Shown here: positions 62,472 to 64,000 of the stretch, piece after piece | Position numbering within the stretch: position 1 is the stretch's first letter | Layout: each line of letters starts with the position of its first letter | Assembly (NCBI GenBank): GCA_025603075.1 | Contig: MU626322.1 | Coordinates: 1-64,000 of the forward strand | Direction: 5' to 3' | Length of the DNA stretch: 64,000 bases | DNA from: Neoconidiobolus thromboides FSU 785 | Taxonomy: Eukaryota > Fungi > Entomophthoromycota | Program-made: the position numbers and the translations under genes | Notes under the pieces: generated by a model | Seen by the model: only the letters and a program-made list of their open reading frames with translations | Told to the model about the DNA's origin: nothing | The model's database searches: none

Positions 62472-64000
62472 TCATGTAATAATGTCTTTAATAGACATCA
62501 ATATCATTTCATCTACTTCAAAACTATTTAAATTCTCTTTGATAGATTTGATTGTATTCTCCGAATCTAACTTTTCACTTTTCAATTTCGAGTCGCAGGC
62601 AGTTTTTAACAACCTCAGTAGTTTCAATACATAACCTTTAGCCTCAATCATAAACTTCTGTCCAAGCCCTTGGCTTAGAAGCCAGTCTTTCTCACTAATA
62701 AAAGCCAAATAAACATAAATTATATACATAAGCGGAGTATAATAAGGTGCATCATAATTTACCCGAAACCCATCGTTGCTAGCAAACTCGCATCTAGAAC
62801 AAGCAAAAGCACCACGATTCCTACCATGAGTTTGTTGAATGTTATTTCGCTTCATTATTAAAAAAAATTCTGCTACCGATTGAGCAGACTTGTATAAAAC
62901 TATAGCTTCATTGATATAAAACTTTTTAGGTCTTGGAAACACTAATAAGGAAGGGTAATAAAGGTATATTAGTATTAAGTTACAGAAAGCATTTAAGTGA
63001 TATTTAAATACATTGGATTTATAACATTGTTGGATTGCTTTCATATCTTTTACTTGTTGGTTTAGCTCGATCTTTTTTGTTATTTCAAATAGGGATGGAT
63101 TGTTTACCAATTGACTGGTTAAATTCGTTAACACAGTATTAAATTTTTCTTTAGGTAATTGTAATTCATGATGGGGTATTTCATAAACTTTGTCCAATCT
63201 TGAATAATTTAGTTTGATGTTTTGAACATGTGCTGTTATCTCAGCAAACGACTCAGCTGCTATTTTTTCACTGTGTACTTTTTCGAATTCATTATTTAAA
63301 AAAACACTGTTTATTTCCAAACCAATTGATGGATAAGAGCTATTCACTTCTAAACCATCTTGAATGTTTTTTGATAAATCGATTTTTACTGGTTTAAAGT
63401 TAACATTAAGCCTTGGCATATTTGGAAATATCGACAAAATAGTATAATAAACCAATGATAACGAATTCCATAACTCTATACCCCTTTTCCTTTTTTCGAA
63501 CTCTACCTCAATCTCCTCCACTCCTTTAACATATTCTGATTTCCTTTTATTTTCCTCAAGCATCTCCCTTACACTCTTATTGTACCCTAATAACTGTGCC
63601 ATCCTTATAGCTGAGCTAAAATACCGTAAGCTTACTACTGGTTCCGCTCTATACCCTGAAATAAAGCACATAAACAATATGCCAATCACATTGTCAAATG
63701 ATGGATTGGCATATGCTTCCACTAAGCACTCCTTTGCTTTTTTGAAATGAATTTTATAAATATGATGTCCTAATGTACTATTTTTCAAACATAAAAAATA
63801 AGCCAACAAAACCAATATAGCATGGGAAGACAGATTAGGTTCAGCGTTAGTCAATAAGGCGCTGAATTCTTTGCGAGTATACCACATTTGATATAAGTCA
63901 ATATATTTTAAATAAATCTTTAAACCAGATTGTAGAAAGGCTCCATAACCTGTGGCCGGTTGCTTTAGTAAGGTGTCTGGATTGACAAGGTAGACGATAT
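62472..64000 (-). CDS. Fifth MHD TF-like paralog, 5' end beyond the window
   Basis: The frame is open to the window edge and collinear with exon 3 of the paralogs (KQPATGYGAFLQ...AIRMAQLLGY...RGAFACSRC). Confidence 0.85.
   Translation of the reverse strand, partial: IVYLVNPDTLLKQPATGYGAFLQSGLKIYLKYIDLYQMWYTRKEFSALLTNAEPNLSSHAILVLLAYFLCLKNSTLGHHIYKIHFKKAKECLVEAYANPSFDNVIGILFMCFISGYRAEPVVSLRYFSSAIRMAQLLGYNKSVREMLEENKRKSEYVKGVEEIEVEFEKRKRGIELWNSLSLVYYTILSIFPNMPRLNVNFKPVKIDLSKNIQDGLEVNSSYPSIGLEINSVFLNNEFEKVHSEKIAAESFAEITAHVQNIKLNYSRLDKVYEIPHHELQLPKEKFNTVLTNLTSQLVNNPSLFEITKKIELNQQVKDMKAIQQCYKSNVFKYHLNAFCNLILIYLYYPSLLVFPRPKKFYINEAIVLYKSAQSVAEFFLIMKRNNIQQTHGRNRGAFACSRCEFASNDGFRVNYDAPYYTPLMYIIYVYLAFISEKDWLLSQGLGQKFMIEAKGYVLKLLRLLKTACDSKLKSEKLDSENTIKSIKENLNSFEVDEMILMSIKDIIT

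Overview
This is a very AT-rich, intron-containing eukaryotic (fungal) genomic window. The short GT-AG introns, gene set and decaying F-box/LRR family suggest an early-diverging fungus such as Conidiobolus/Entomophthoromycotina (inference). Conserved genes: patatin TAG lipase (TGL4-like), Rim4-like 3xRRM protein, kinesin-3 (Unc104/KIF1A), a short Zn2Cys6 transcription factor, Rsc9-like RSC subunit, MPC1 (with a 4-nt micro-exon), a TFIIIC WD40 subunit (Tfc6-like) and a NIPA/DUF803 Mg transporter. The most striking accessory content is a local five-member family (3 intact, 1 running off the window, 1 pseudogene) of about 600-aa proteins. They carry the fungal transcription-factor middle-homology domain, but in every copy whose 5' end is visible the N-terminal exons hold no Zn2Cys6 DNA-binding domain. 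The window also has about 17 copies of a ~98-bp MITE (GGGGATG...CATCCCC, 4-bp AWWT-type TSD) and four ~460-bp TG...CA solo-LTR-like elements that nest with each other and with the MITE. Other accessory content: four F-box/LRR pseudogenes, decayed LINE-like and gypsy-like relics, and three small secreted proteins. All calls come from reading the sequence by eye; no searches were run.
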